From: Euryarchaeota archaeon UBA558
GTDB lineage: Archaea; Thermoplasmatota; Poseidoniia; Poseidoniales; Thalassarchaeaceae
Length of the DNA: 64,000 nt
Direction: 5' to 3'
Assembly: GCA_002507175.1 (NCBI GenBank)
Contig: DAZE01000005.1
Location: 20,980 to 84,979 of the forward strand
Shown here piece by piece: positions 17,966-26,805 of this stretch. Both the position numbers and the translations under genes were made by a program. The notes beneath the pieces are model-generated. The model did no database searches, was not told the origin of the DNA, and saw only the letters and a list, made by a program, of their open reading frames with translations. Positions within the stretch are counted from its first letter, which is position 1, and the number at the start of each line of letters is the position of its first letter.

Positions 17966-19252
17966 ATGAATCCCTTTGAGTCCCTGTATGAATACGAGAA
18001 ATGGGCCATCCGGATCTTGATTATCACGTTGCTATTGTTCGGCTTCGGAATTACAACGCACTCCACTGGATTTGAAAACCCAATCTCGGAGTTGGTGTTC
18101 ACTTATTTCCTCGACTCGATATTGAACGAGTCGACTGGGGACAGCGGATATAATTACGTCAATACCGCTGGTTACGGCCTCGGACTTGCACTATTCGTGG
18201 TATCTCTGGCAGGGCTTCTTAGGATTGCTGGGATAGACGGGTCCGATGCAATGCTCGTTGCCCTCATTCCATGGGTATTGTGGGCCCCTTTTGGAGAGGT
18301 AATTGAGGATGCTGGCTTGTTTGGAAGCACAATGGCTCCATGGTTCGTAAGCCCAGGGATCCACTTCCAGACCGCAGCATGGGTCGTCCTATCTGGATTC
18401 TTGGGCCACCGTGTTTCTGTGGGTCGTTATGGTGGAACCGTAGATGCGGGCCCATCCACACGCCATATATCAGCTATGTTAATCGCCGCTCAGGCCTTAA
18501 TTTACTGCACAAGCACCCTCGAGAACTCATCAAATGGACTCACCAACACTCTCGATCGAGAGGTAATGGTTATCATATCCATCTTCGGGATTTCATCACC
18601 ATATTGGCTAGCGGGATCACATGCAGATAGATTCGATGACACACAGAGGGTCGTCTACACTTCTGGAGTTGGCGGCTCTATCGTATTATTCTCTATATTA
18701 GCCGCCTACGCCGTTGAAGGGGTCAATGGCAATCTGACCATATGGCCGATAATTATCGTCTTTGGCGTTCCATATCTGATCTGTATGGGAATTTTTTCCT
18801 ATGGGAAAGAAGATGCTAGAAGGTCTTTGGAACTAGGTTTCGTACCAGGAGTCTTACCTCCCGGAATGACGGAAAGCGACTACCTAACTCTGGATACTCC
18901 ACAGAAGAAAGAAGTTGAGTCTTTGTGGAAGCGGGGAGTCCTCGCCAGCCCTGCGGTCTTACTCCCAGTTGGCGGCCAAATTGGGGATGGAATCGCGACA
19001 TGGATAGGAATCGACTACTTTGGATACACGGAGAAGCACGTGATTAGCGCGATGGTCACGGGAGTATTGGATACTTCAATCACTTTCACCATCCTCAAAA
19101 TTGGAATTGCTGGTGTAATTTGTTGGTTTTATTCGCAAGCCGTCTTCGAACACCGGCAGCAACATCTCAGAATACTAATCGCCCTCTGTTTGATGGTAGT
19201 TGGCCTCGCGCCTGCCTTGAGGAACGTGTTCAGGCTCACACTGGGCGTATGA
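17966..19252 (+). CDS. DUF63-like archaeal membrane protein
   Basis: GYNYVNT, DGIATWIGIDYFGYTEKHV, GLAPALRN; many TMs. Confidence 0.7.
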   Translation: MNPFESLYEYEKWAIRILIITLLLFGFGITTHSTGFENPISELVFTYFLDSILNESTGDSGYNYVNTAGYGLGLALFVVSLAGLLRIAGIDGSDAMLVALIPWVLWAPFGEVIEDAGLFGSTMAPWFVSPGIHFQTAAWVVLSGFLGHRVSVGRYGGTVDAGPSTRHISAMLIAAQALIYCTSTLENSSNGLTNTLDREVMVIISIFGISSPYWLAGSHADRFDDTQRVVYTSGVGGSIVLFSILAAYAVEGVNGNLTIWPIIIVFGVPYLICMGIFSYGKEDARRSLELGFVPGVLPPGMTESDYLTLDTPQKKEVESLWKRGVLASPAVLLPVGGQIGDGIATWIGIDYFGYTEKHVISAMVTGVLDTSITFTILKIGIAGVICWFYSQAVFEHRQQHLRILIALCLMVVGLAPALRNVFRLTLGV

Positions 19253-19294
19253 TCCCATTCAAACATTCAAACGATACCTCTCACTCGATCTGAC

Positions 19295-20554
19295 ATGTAC
19301 CATTACCCCGATGAGGATTTGCCGTTTGATACTCAGATGCTGGACCGTCTCGCAGAGGTTTCGATCCGAGTTGGATTGAATCTACAAAAGGGTCAAAATC
19401 TGATAATCACCGCTCCGGTAGAATCCCTCCCGCTAGTTAGGAGGCTCTCTGCAGAGGCATACAAAAGCGGTGCTGGGGTAGTATCCACATTACTCTCAGA
19501 CGACCTCTTGTCACTGACTAGGTATGAGCATGCATCTGATGAGAGCTTGGATTCCGCACCGTCTTGGATGTTCAATGGAATGGCTGAAGCTTTCGACAAC
19601 AATACAGCGAGGCTGGCCGTCTCAGCAGCAAACCCATTATTATTGAATGGTCAGGATCCAGTTCGCGTCGCAAGAGCCGGGAAATCGATGTCTTTAGCTT
19701 CAAAACCCGCGATGGAAAGAATCACAAATTTCGTGACAAACTGGAACATAATTTCTTACCCAGGTTCCGCATGGGCAAAGCAAGTCTTCCCCGACCTTGA
19801 AGAAAGAGACGCCATCGCTTCCTTGGCACAAGCTATTTTTTCGATCTCAAGAGTGGATAATCCGGATCCGATCGCAGCATGGGAGAAGCATCAACAGACC
19901 CTCACAAGTAGCCAAAAATGGCTCAATGAGAAGAATTTCTCTGCTTTGAGGTATAGCGGCCCCGGGACGGATCTGACGATAGGTTTGGCAGAGGGACACG
20001 AATGGAAGGGAGGTGCTAGCACTTCCAAAAACGGAATAACATGCACACCCAACATCCCTACTGAGGAAGTATTCACCACTCCGCATTCCCATAGAGTCGA
20101 TGGCTGCGTCAGGGCTACGAAGCCATTGGTCTATCGTGGAACCTTGATTGACGGCATCGAGGTTGAGTTCGAGAAGGGAAAAATCACAAAAGCAAGGGCT
20201 GACAAAGGCGAGGAGGTCTTCCTCAATCTTCTGGACACAGATGAGGGTGCTCGACGCTTGGGGGAGGTCGCCCTCGTCCCGCATTCATCTCCAATAAGCG
20301 AATCAGGATTGCTATTCTACAATACACTCTATGATGAAAACGCAAGTTGCCATATCGCACTTGGGCAGTGCTACTCCAAGTGTTTCAGGGACCACATAGG
20401 GAACAGTCCTGAAAGCGTGAAAGAGGCTGGTGGCAATACATCGAACATACACGTAGATTGGATGATTGGCTCAGGTAAAATGGACATCGACGGAGTCTCC
20501 CAGGATGGGACGATCACACCCGTGATGCGAAACGGTGAGTGGGCGTATAATTGA
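19295..20554 (+). CDS. Aminopeptidase, M29 family (AmpS/AmpT/PepS)
   Basis: PNIPTEEVFT, LGEVALV, TLYDENASCHIALG, SNIHVDWMIG. Confidence 0.93.
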   Translation: MYHYPDEDLPFDTQMLDRLAEVSIRVGLNLQKGQNLIITAPVESLPLVRRLSAEAYKSGAGVVSTLLSDDLLSLTRYEHASDESLDSAPSWMFNGMAEAFDNNTARLAVSAANPLLLNGQDPVRVARAGKSMSLASKPAMERITNFVTNWNIISYPGSAWAKQVFPDLEERDAIASLAQAIFSISRVDNPDPIAAWEKHQQTLTSSQKWLNEKNFSALRYSGPGTDLTIGLAEGHEWKGGASTSKNGITCTPNIPTEEVFTTPHSHRVDGCVRATKPLVYRGTLIDGIEVEFEKGKITKARADKGEEVFLNLLDTDEGARRLGEVALVPHSSPISESGLLFYNTLYDENASCHIALGQCYSKCFRDHIGNSPESVKEAGGNTSNIHVDWMIGSGKMDIDGVSQDGTITPVMRNGEWAYN

Positions 20555-20555
20555 G

Positions 20556-20789
20556 TTAGACCCCGCCCATCGATTCCGCGATCATATCACTCATATTTTC
20601 ATGCTCGTGGTAAGCCCGGTGCCCTGCTATGAAACCTCCAGCATCTCGCTTAGTCCCAATAAATTCCTCTGTACAGAGGGGGCAAAAGACCCTAACTATC
20701 TCAGCCTCGATATAGGTCCCATCCTGCCTCTTTATGGTTATGCATGTCCCGATATCATCCTCCGTGAAGCCATCTTTCTCGTCTGACAT
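20556..20789 (-). CDS. Small putative zinc-binding protein (CxxC...HxxxH)
   Basis: 77 aa; CPLC-x17-HRAYH; fills the gap between the aminopeptidase and liuB. Confidence 0.65.
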   Translation of the reverse strand: MSDEKDGFTEDDIGTCITIKRQDGTYIEAEIVRVFCPLCTEEFIGTKRDAGGFIAGHRAYHEHENMSDMIAESMGGV

Positions 20790-20893
20790 GACTGCCGCTG
20801 TTATCGAAGAGACGTAATCCTTCGGGCTCTCTAACGATTAAGAAATTCATTAAGTCGTGGGATTGAAGTCTGGGGCCCTCTAGGGTAGGCCAT

Positions 20894-22504
20894 ATGGTCA
20901 GGCTTCCGACACGCGTGAACAAGACTGATAAGTCTTGGAGAAATCGCCATAAATTCAACTCCGAACTAATCAGTGAACTTAGGGACAGGATAAACACCGC
21001 GAGGAAAGGAGGAAACGAACGCTCTGTCAAAGTCCACAGGTCCCGTGATAAGTTGTTGGCGAGGGAAAGAATAGATGAAATCTGCGATCCAGGATCACCA
21101 TTCTTGGAACTCTCAACGCTCGCAGGGAATGGGATGTACGATGGTAAGGCTCAATCCGCAGGGATTGTGACTGGTATAGGGTTAGTCAACGGACGCGAAT
21201 GTATGTTTGTGGCAAATGACGCCACTGTAAAAGGCGGATCCTACTACCCAATGACTGTAAAAAAGCACATCAGAGCCCAGGAAGTTGCAGAGGCCAACAA
21301 CCTTCCATGTATCTACTTGGTTGATTCAGGGGGAGCCTTCCTTCCCATGCAGGACGAGGTTTTTCCAGACAAGGAACACTTCGGACGAATATTCAGGAAT
21401 CAAGCCATTCTCTCAAGCAAGGGCATCCCCCAAATATCCGCTGTCTTGGGATCCTGCACAGCCGGTGGAGCATACATACCCGCAATGAGCGACGAATCGA
21501 TCATTGTGAAAGGAAATGGAACTATTTTCCTTGCCGGGCCCCCGCTTGTCAAAGCGGCAACGGGGGAAGAGGTGTCATCTGAGGAACTGGGTGGAGCAGA
21601 TCTTCACACCAGGGAATCAGGTGTGGCAGATCACTATGCAGAAAATGAATTAGAGGCACTGGGAATGGTGCGTGAGATCGTGAGCCATCTCAATGTGGAC
21701 CCAAAACAAAGGTTAGATTTCAAGACAGTCTCCCCCCCAGTGCATGATCCAGAGGATCTTCTAGGGATCATCCCAGAAGATAACCGTACGCCCTTCGACG
21801 TTCGTGAGGTCATAGCGAGGATCTTGGATGGTTCGGATTTTCATGAGTTTAAACCAAGATATGGAAACACGCTAGTATGTGGTTTCGGCCACCTCCATGG
21901 GTATCCCGTGGGTGTCATCGCGAACAATGGGATCCTATTCTCGGAATCATCACTGAAAGGGGCTCATTTCGTAGAACTCTGTGGCCAACGCGGGACTCCC
22001 CTCATCTTCCTCCAGAATATCTCTGGATTTATGGTTGGAAGGGACGCTGAAGCAGGCGGGATCGCGAAGGATGGGGCTAAACTAGTCACAGCAGTATCCT
22101 GCGTCCCAGTCCCAAAGTTCACAGTAATCATTGGAGGAAGTCATGGAGCTGGAAATTATGGCATGTGCGGGCGGGCCTATGACCCGAGATTCCTATTCAT
22201 GTGGCCAAATTCCAGAATTTCTGTGATGGGAGGTCCTCAGGCCGCAGATGTGCTGACAACCGTGAAACAAGACCAAAGGCATCGCAATGGATCCAGCCCG
22301 ATGGATCAAGAAGAAGTGGACTCCTTTCGAGCGCCAATCCTACAGAAGTACGAGGAAGAAGGAAGCCCATATTACTCAACAGCACGATTGTGGGATGATG
22401 GGGTTATTGACCCTAGAGACACAAGAGACATACTAGGTCTATGCATATCGGCGAGCTTGAACTCACCATTTCCAGATCAAAGGTACGGAGTATTTAGGAT
22501 GTGA
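20894..22504 (+). CDS. liuB: 3-methylcrotonyl-CoA carboxylase carboxyltransferase (beta) subunit
   Basis: [48 protein letters not shown]-terminal GVFRM. Confidence 0.93.
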   Translation: MVRLPTRVNKTDKSWRNRHKFNSELISELRDRINTARKGGNERSVKVHRSRDKLLARERIDEICDPGSPFLELSTLAGNGMYDGKAQSAGIVTGIGLVNGRECMFVANDATVKGGSYYPMTVKKHIRAQEVAEANNLPCIYLVDSGGAFLPMQDEVFPDKEHFGRIFRNQAILSSKGIPQISAVLGSCTAGGAYIPAMSDESIIVKGNGTIFLAGPPLVKAATGEEVSSEELGGADLHTRESGVADHYAENELEALGMVREIVSHLNVDPKQRLDFKTVSPPVHDPEDLLGIIPEDNRTPFDVREVIARILDGSDFHEFKPRYGNTLVCGFGHLHGYPVGVIANNGILFSESSLKGAHFVELCGQRGTPLIFLQNISGFMVGRDAEAGGIAKDGAKLVTAVSCVPVPKFTVIIGGSHGAGNYGMCGRAYDPRFLFMWPNSRISVMGGPQAADVLTTVKQDQRHRNGSSPMDQEEVDSFRAPILQKYEEEGSPYYSTARLWDDGVIDPRDTRDILGLCISASLNSPFPDQRYGVFRM

Positions 22505-22508
22505 TGAT

Positions 22509-23327
22509 ATGAATGAACCCAGAACAAATCTCTGCGAACTATCATTGAATGGCCCCCAAGCAACGATTATGTTGAAACGAGTTGAGGCATACAACGCGCT
22601 GAACATTGAATTAATCTCCGAGATCACTACACTTCTTGATTGGACTTCTGACCACTCTCAAACAAAAGGCGGCTTTCTTCGAGTACTGCATCTCTGTGCG
22701 GAAGGGAGACATTTCTGCGCAGGGGCTGATGTTAACATGATGAGGGATGCAGGATCAAAGTCGGAGGAGGAAAACAGGAGAGATTCAGAGCGGCTTGACG
22801 GCTTGTTCCATCGTCTTTGGTCACATCCCTGCTTCACTATCGGTCGGGTACAAGGCGTCGCTCTGGGTGGAGGCGCTGGCCTAGTTGCCTGCCTTGATCA
22901 TGTCATTGCGGAGCCGAACACTAAGATCGCCCTATCAGAGGTAAAATTAGGTATCCTCCCGGCTGTGATTGGACCGTACGTCTATAGAAGGCTAGGAAGC
23001 GCTAATTTCCGTAGACTTTCGATGCTGGCCGGCAAGATAGACTCGAAGGAGGCCCTCAGGGTGGGATTCATCGATCAATTGGTTCACTCCGAATCTTCGT
23101 TAGCAACGGCCTCAGTTGAAGTCGCCGAGGAGATTCTGACATCCGCGCCGACCGCAGTTTCGAGAGTGAAGGACCTCACCGCTCGACTTGACAATTGGGA
23201 TGGAACTGATGAGGCGCTGAGGAGTTGGACCTTGGACTTGACGAGCGAAATGAGGGGGTCTGTAGAAGGCCAAGAGGGACTGTCAGCGTTTCTAGAAAAA
23301 AGGGATCCGAACTGGAAAAACCACTGA
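22509..23327 (+). CDS. liuC: Enoyl-CoA hydratase, probable methylglutaconyl-CoA hydratase
   Basis: FCAGAD, GVALGGGAGL, LSEVKLGILPAVI, EGLSAFLEKR; context. Confidence 0.82.
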   Translation: MNEPRTNLCELSLNGPQATIMLKRVEAYNALNIELISEITTLLDWTSDHSQTKGGFLRVLHLCAEGRHFCAGADVNMMRDAGSKSEEENRRDSERLDGLFHRLWSHPCFTIGRVQGVALGGGAGLVACLDHVIAEPNTKIALSEVKLGILPAVIGPYVYRRLGSANFRRLSMLAGKIDSKEALRVGFIDQLVHSESSLATASVEVAEEILTSAPTAVSRVKDLTARLDNWDGTDEALRSWTLDLTSEMRGSVEGQEGLSAFLEKRDPNWKNH

Positions 23328-23346
23328 AAATCGTAGAGGTTTATCC

Positions 23347-24198
23347 ATGACAGGAACTCCAACAGCCATAGTTCTGGGAATCGCCCAGGATGGCGGAGTG
23401 CCACATGCAGGCTGCTTCTGCAGCACCTGTACTTCATTTCACGCTGAATCCAAGCAGCTCTTTCCCACGTCGATACTTATCAGGGATGAAAATGAACTGC
23501 ACATCATAGACGTTTCAAGGCAATTAGATGCCCAATCCAGATCTTTCGGGTTCAACCCAAGAGACATAACCGACATATGGATCACACACGGACATCTTGG
23601 GCATATAGACGGCCTCGGCCTGTTTGGGAAAGAGGTGATGGGCCTCAGAGGGGTCAGACTCCATGCAAGCAAGTCAATGATGAATTTGATTCGTTCAACA
23701 CCGCGGTTGCAGGATCTATTGGAAACAGGAGTATTCATCGAATCCATATTTGAGTCAAATATCGAAATTAGAACACATGGGGGACTTACCTTCCTCCCGC
23801 TCCCTGTCCCACATCGAGATGAATTATCCGACACTCATGCGTTCGTCGTCAGGGGTCCCAGACGATCACTGCTACACCTTCCAGATCACGATCAATGGGA
23901 ACTTACACTCAAGAATCACGGTCATAACTCGATCATGGGCTGGTTGTCGGATTTGAGAGTGGACGTTGCGCTCTTGGACGGCACCTTTTGGAATGAGGAG
24001 GAGTTGCCATCACAGGCCCTTGTCCCGCATCCAACCATGGAGGAATCCGTGCGGAGACTGGGACTTAGGAATGCCAACTCCCCTGATATCCGATTTATCC
24101 ACATCAACCATTCAAACCCCATCCTAATGGACGAAGAACTCCGGCAGAACATGCATGGATGGGCATTAGCAGAACAAGGCGAGGCTTTCATCCTCTAA
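23347..24198 (+). CDS. MBL-fold metallohydrolase, PqqB-like
   Basis: LGIAQDGGVPHAGCFC..C, THGHLGH, LDGTF, HINHSNP. Confidence 0.82.
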   Translation: MTGTPTAIVLGIAQDGGVPHAGCFCSTCTSFHAESKQLFPTSILIRDENELHIIDVSRQLDAQSRSFGFNPRDITDIWITHGHLGHIDGLGLFGKEVMGLRGVRLHASKSMMNLIRSTPRLQDLLETGVFIESIFESNIEIRTHGGLTFLPLPVPHRDELSDTHAFVVRGPRRSLLHLPDHDQWELTLKNHGHNSIMGWLSDLRVDVALLDGTFWNEEELPSQALVPHPTMEESVRRLGLRNANSPDIRFIHINHSNPILMDEELRQNMHGWALAEQGEAFIL

Positions 24199-24267
24199 CA
24201 CGGGTGAGCGAAGGAACCATTGAAGGAACCATCAGGGTGCGGTTATCACATGCGACCTACTGCGTGG

Positions 24268-25800
24268 ATGACAAACTCTCCCAAACCCTATGAGTCCGTG
24301 CTCGTCGCAAATCGTGGTGAAATAGCGGTTCGAATATTGAAAGCAGTGCGAGAATGCGGGTTGAGGGGCATAGCAATACACAATGACCTAGATCGGGATG
24401 GAATGCATTTGGAGTATGCTGACAGTGTCGACCACCTAAGGGGCGAAGACCTAAGTTCGACCTACCTTTCTCCAGAGGCAATCATCAACTCGGCTAGGAG
24501 AACTGGTGCAGATGCGATACATCCTGGCTACGGTTTCCTCTCCGAAAGGGCAGACTTCGCCAAGTCAGTATTGGAATCAGGCTTGGTTTGGATCGGCCCT
24601 CCTCCCGAGGCAATCAGGTTGATGGGGGACAAAATAAGAGCCCGAGAATCAATGATAAAAGCGCAGGTCCCGGTAATTCCCGGAAGGTCAATCAGCATTT
24701 CAGATGGTGAGGATCCACTGCCTCAACTAGCAGCGGCTGCGGCGGAGGTCGGATACCCACTTCTTCTCAAAGCCAGCGCAGGTGGGGGTGGGAAAGGTAT
24801 GAGGGTAGTAAATGAGCCAAAACTGCTCAGAACCGAGTATCAGGCCGCTTCTAGGGAGGCGACCGCAGCATTTGGGAATGGTACGGTATATGTCGAGAGT
24901 CTTTTACGTGGCGCGAGGCACATAGAGATCCAGATTTTCGCAGATAGCCACGGTAATGTAATTCACTTGAACGAAAGGGACTGCTCACTACAAAGGCGAC
25001 ACCAGAAGGTGATTGAAGAAGCACCATCTCCGGCTGTTGATCCAGAGCTAAGGGAGAAGATGGGCGATGCAGCAATTCAAGCCGCCCGTGCTGTAAATTA
25101 CGAGGGTGCTGGAACAGTGGAGTTTCTACTCAGTTCCCAGAAAGAATTCTACTTCCTGGAGATGAACACCAGACTGCAGGTAGAGCACCCAGTCACTGAG
25201 CTTGTAACCGGCTTGGACCTCGTTCACATGCAGTTGATGACTGCAGCTGGAATCGAGTTGCAACTCAGTCAGGACGAGGTATCCTTGAGTGGCCATGCTA
25301 TGGAGGCCAGGATATATGCTGAGGATCCCTCCACGGGATTCTTGCCGTCAATTGGTCCAATAGCCAGATTTGACACGCCAGTTGGACCTGGGGTCAGGGT
25401 AGATTCTGGTATTAGGAAAGGTGATGAGGTCACAACATCATTCGATCCCATGCTGGCAAAGATAATCGTTCATGCCCCAGACAGGAATTCTGCCATCCAG
25501 AGACTCGATCACGCACTCTCAGAGACAATACTTCATGGAGTCAAGTCAAACATAGAATTCTGCAGAGAGATACTCAACACGGAGACCTTTAGGGGACCAG
25601 GCGTCACAACTGACTACCTGGAAGGCAGACCCTCAACTCAATCTCAAAACAAGACACCTCCTGGCCTAATCGAGATTATTGCGACTGCTGCCGAGAAATT
25701 CGGGTTGAATAAGTCAACAGGAACTCCTCTCGGCAATCAAGACAAGCACTCAGGACACGAACATGATCCATTCACCACCCTCGCCAAGAGGTTCCCATGA
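24268..25800 (+). CDS. Biotin carboxylase (acyl-CoA carboxylase alpha, N-terminal part)
   Basis: VLVANRGEIA, HPGYGFLSE, GGGGKGMR, ERDCSLQRRHQK, EMNTRLQVEH; start may be 24250. Confidence 0.93.
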   Translation: MTNSPKPYESVLVANRGEIAVRILKAVRECGLRGIAIHNDLDRDGMHLEYADSVDHLRGEDLSSTYLSPEAIINSARRTGADAIHPGYGFLSERADFAKSVLESGLVWIGPPPEAIRLMGDKIRARESMIKAQVPVIPGRSISISDGEDPLPQLAAAAAEVGYPLLLKASAGGGGKGMRVVNEPKLLRTEYQAASREATAAFGNGTVYVESLLRGARHIEIQIFADSHGNVIHLNERDCSLQRRHQKVIEEAPSPAVDPELREKMGDAAIQAARAVNYEGAGTVEFLLSSQKEFYFLEMNTRLQVEHPVTELVTGLDLVHMQLMTAAGIELQLSQDEVSLSGHAMEARIYAEDPSTGFLPSIGPIARFDTPVGPGVRVDSGIRKGDEVTTSFDPMLAKIIVHAPDRNSAIQRLDHALSETILHGVKSNIEFCREILNTETFRGPGVTTDYLEGRPSTQSQNKTPPGLIEIIATAAEKFGLNKSTGTPLGNQDKHSGHEHDPFTTLAKRFP

Positions 25801-25809
25801 GGCATTTTA

Positions 25810-26307
25810 ATGAAGTGGAAATCAGATAACAGCGACAAAGTCTGGTCAGTCAGGCTATTGATAGAGGGGGAGCAAGCCTCAGTTGCGCATCTGAAGTGTG
25901 GTGATGAGACCATACAATCAGACGTCACCATAACTTTTGACAAACAATCGGGCAGCATATATGTCAATGATGATGGGAAAAAGCTCAATCCAAAGATTAC
26001 GAAAGTCGGAGATTCATGGTGGGTTACTGTTTCCAGCCAAACTTTCGTTGTGACGGAAGCTCTGCATAACTCCAAGTCTACAACCGAGGATCAGGGAGGG
26101 TTGACGGCACCAATGCCTGGGATCGTTAGGCAAGTGAATGTCGATACTGGACAGAAAGTACGGAAGGGCCAACCTTTGATGGTATTGGAGGCAATGAAGA
26201 TGGAGCATCAGATAATAGCCCCTCAAGCAGGGAAGATCGAAGCAATCCATTACAATGAAGGCGACAGAGTCGAAATGGGATCTGTTCTGATATCAATCTT
26301 TGAATGA
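25810..26307 (+). CDS. Biotin carboxyl carrier protein
   Basis: APMPG...LEAMKME biotinylation motif. Confidence 0.92.
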   Translation: MKWKSDNSDKVWSVRLLIEGEQASVAHLKCGDETIQSDVTITFDKQSGSIYVNDDGKKLNPKITKVGDSWWVTVSSQTFVVTEALHNSKSTTEDQGGLTAPMPGIVRQVNVDTGQKVRKGQPLMVLEAMKMEHQIIAPQAGKIEAIHYNEGDRVEMGSVLISIFE

Positions 26308-26309
26308 AA

Positions 26310-26741
26310 TCACAGACCCAAGGACCTCGCCAACTCATCAGATCGCGTATCGGGCAGCTCACACTCCCAGATCACCAGAACCCTCCAGCCCAGTCTTTGC
26401 AACTCCTCATTTTTCGTGGTGTCTCTAACATAATTTTTGTTGAATTTTTCCTTCCAATAGTCTTGGTTACTTTTCGGCAAAGGCAGGTCGCATTTTGGGC
26501 ATCGATGCCAAAAACAACCATGGACGAAAATGGCCAGTCTCCTACCGGGGTACGAAACATCAGGTCTACAGACGTACCTCCCTTCTTCATCATCTATCCT
26601 CCAATGAAGCCTGTATCCTGGGAAACCCGCTTCTCTGAGTGCTGCTCTTACGCGGATTTCGGGCGCAGTGTCCTTGCTTTTGTTACCCTGCATTACCTTT
26701 CGCACGGCAGGGGTTGATGCTGGAGGCGTCCGGTAGACCAT
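26310..26741 (-). CDS. vsr: Very short patch repair endonuclease
   Basis: MQGNKSKDTAPE, RPD, FVHGCFWH, YW..K...N..RD, GWRVLVIWEC; ATG 26741 after GGTGAG RBS. Confidence 0.92.
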   Translation of the reverse strand: MVYRTPPASTPAVRKVMQGNKSKDTAPEIRVRAALREAGFPGYRLHWRIDDEEGRYVCRPDVSYPGRRLAIFVHGCFWHRCPKCDLPLPKSNQDYWKEKFNKNYVRDTTKNEELQRLGWRVLVIWECELPDTRSDELARSLGL

Positions 26742-26805
26742 CACACTCACCAAACAGAGGTATTCATCAGGATAGCGAAAGGCTGGTGACTCATACAACT
26801 TCACC

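Noticed and set aside
23347-24198. PQQ biosynthesis locus
   Set aside because: No pqqA/C/D/E in the window
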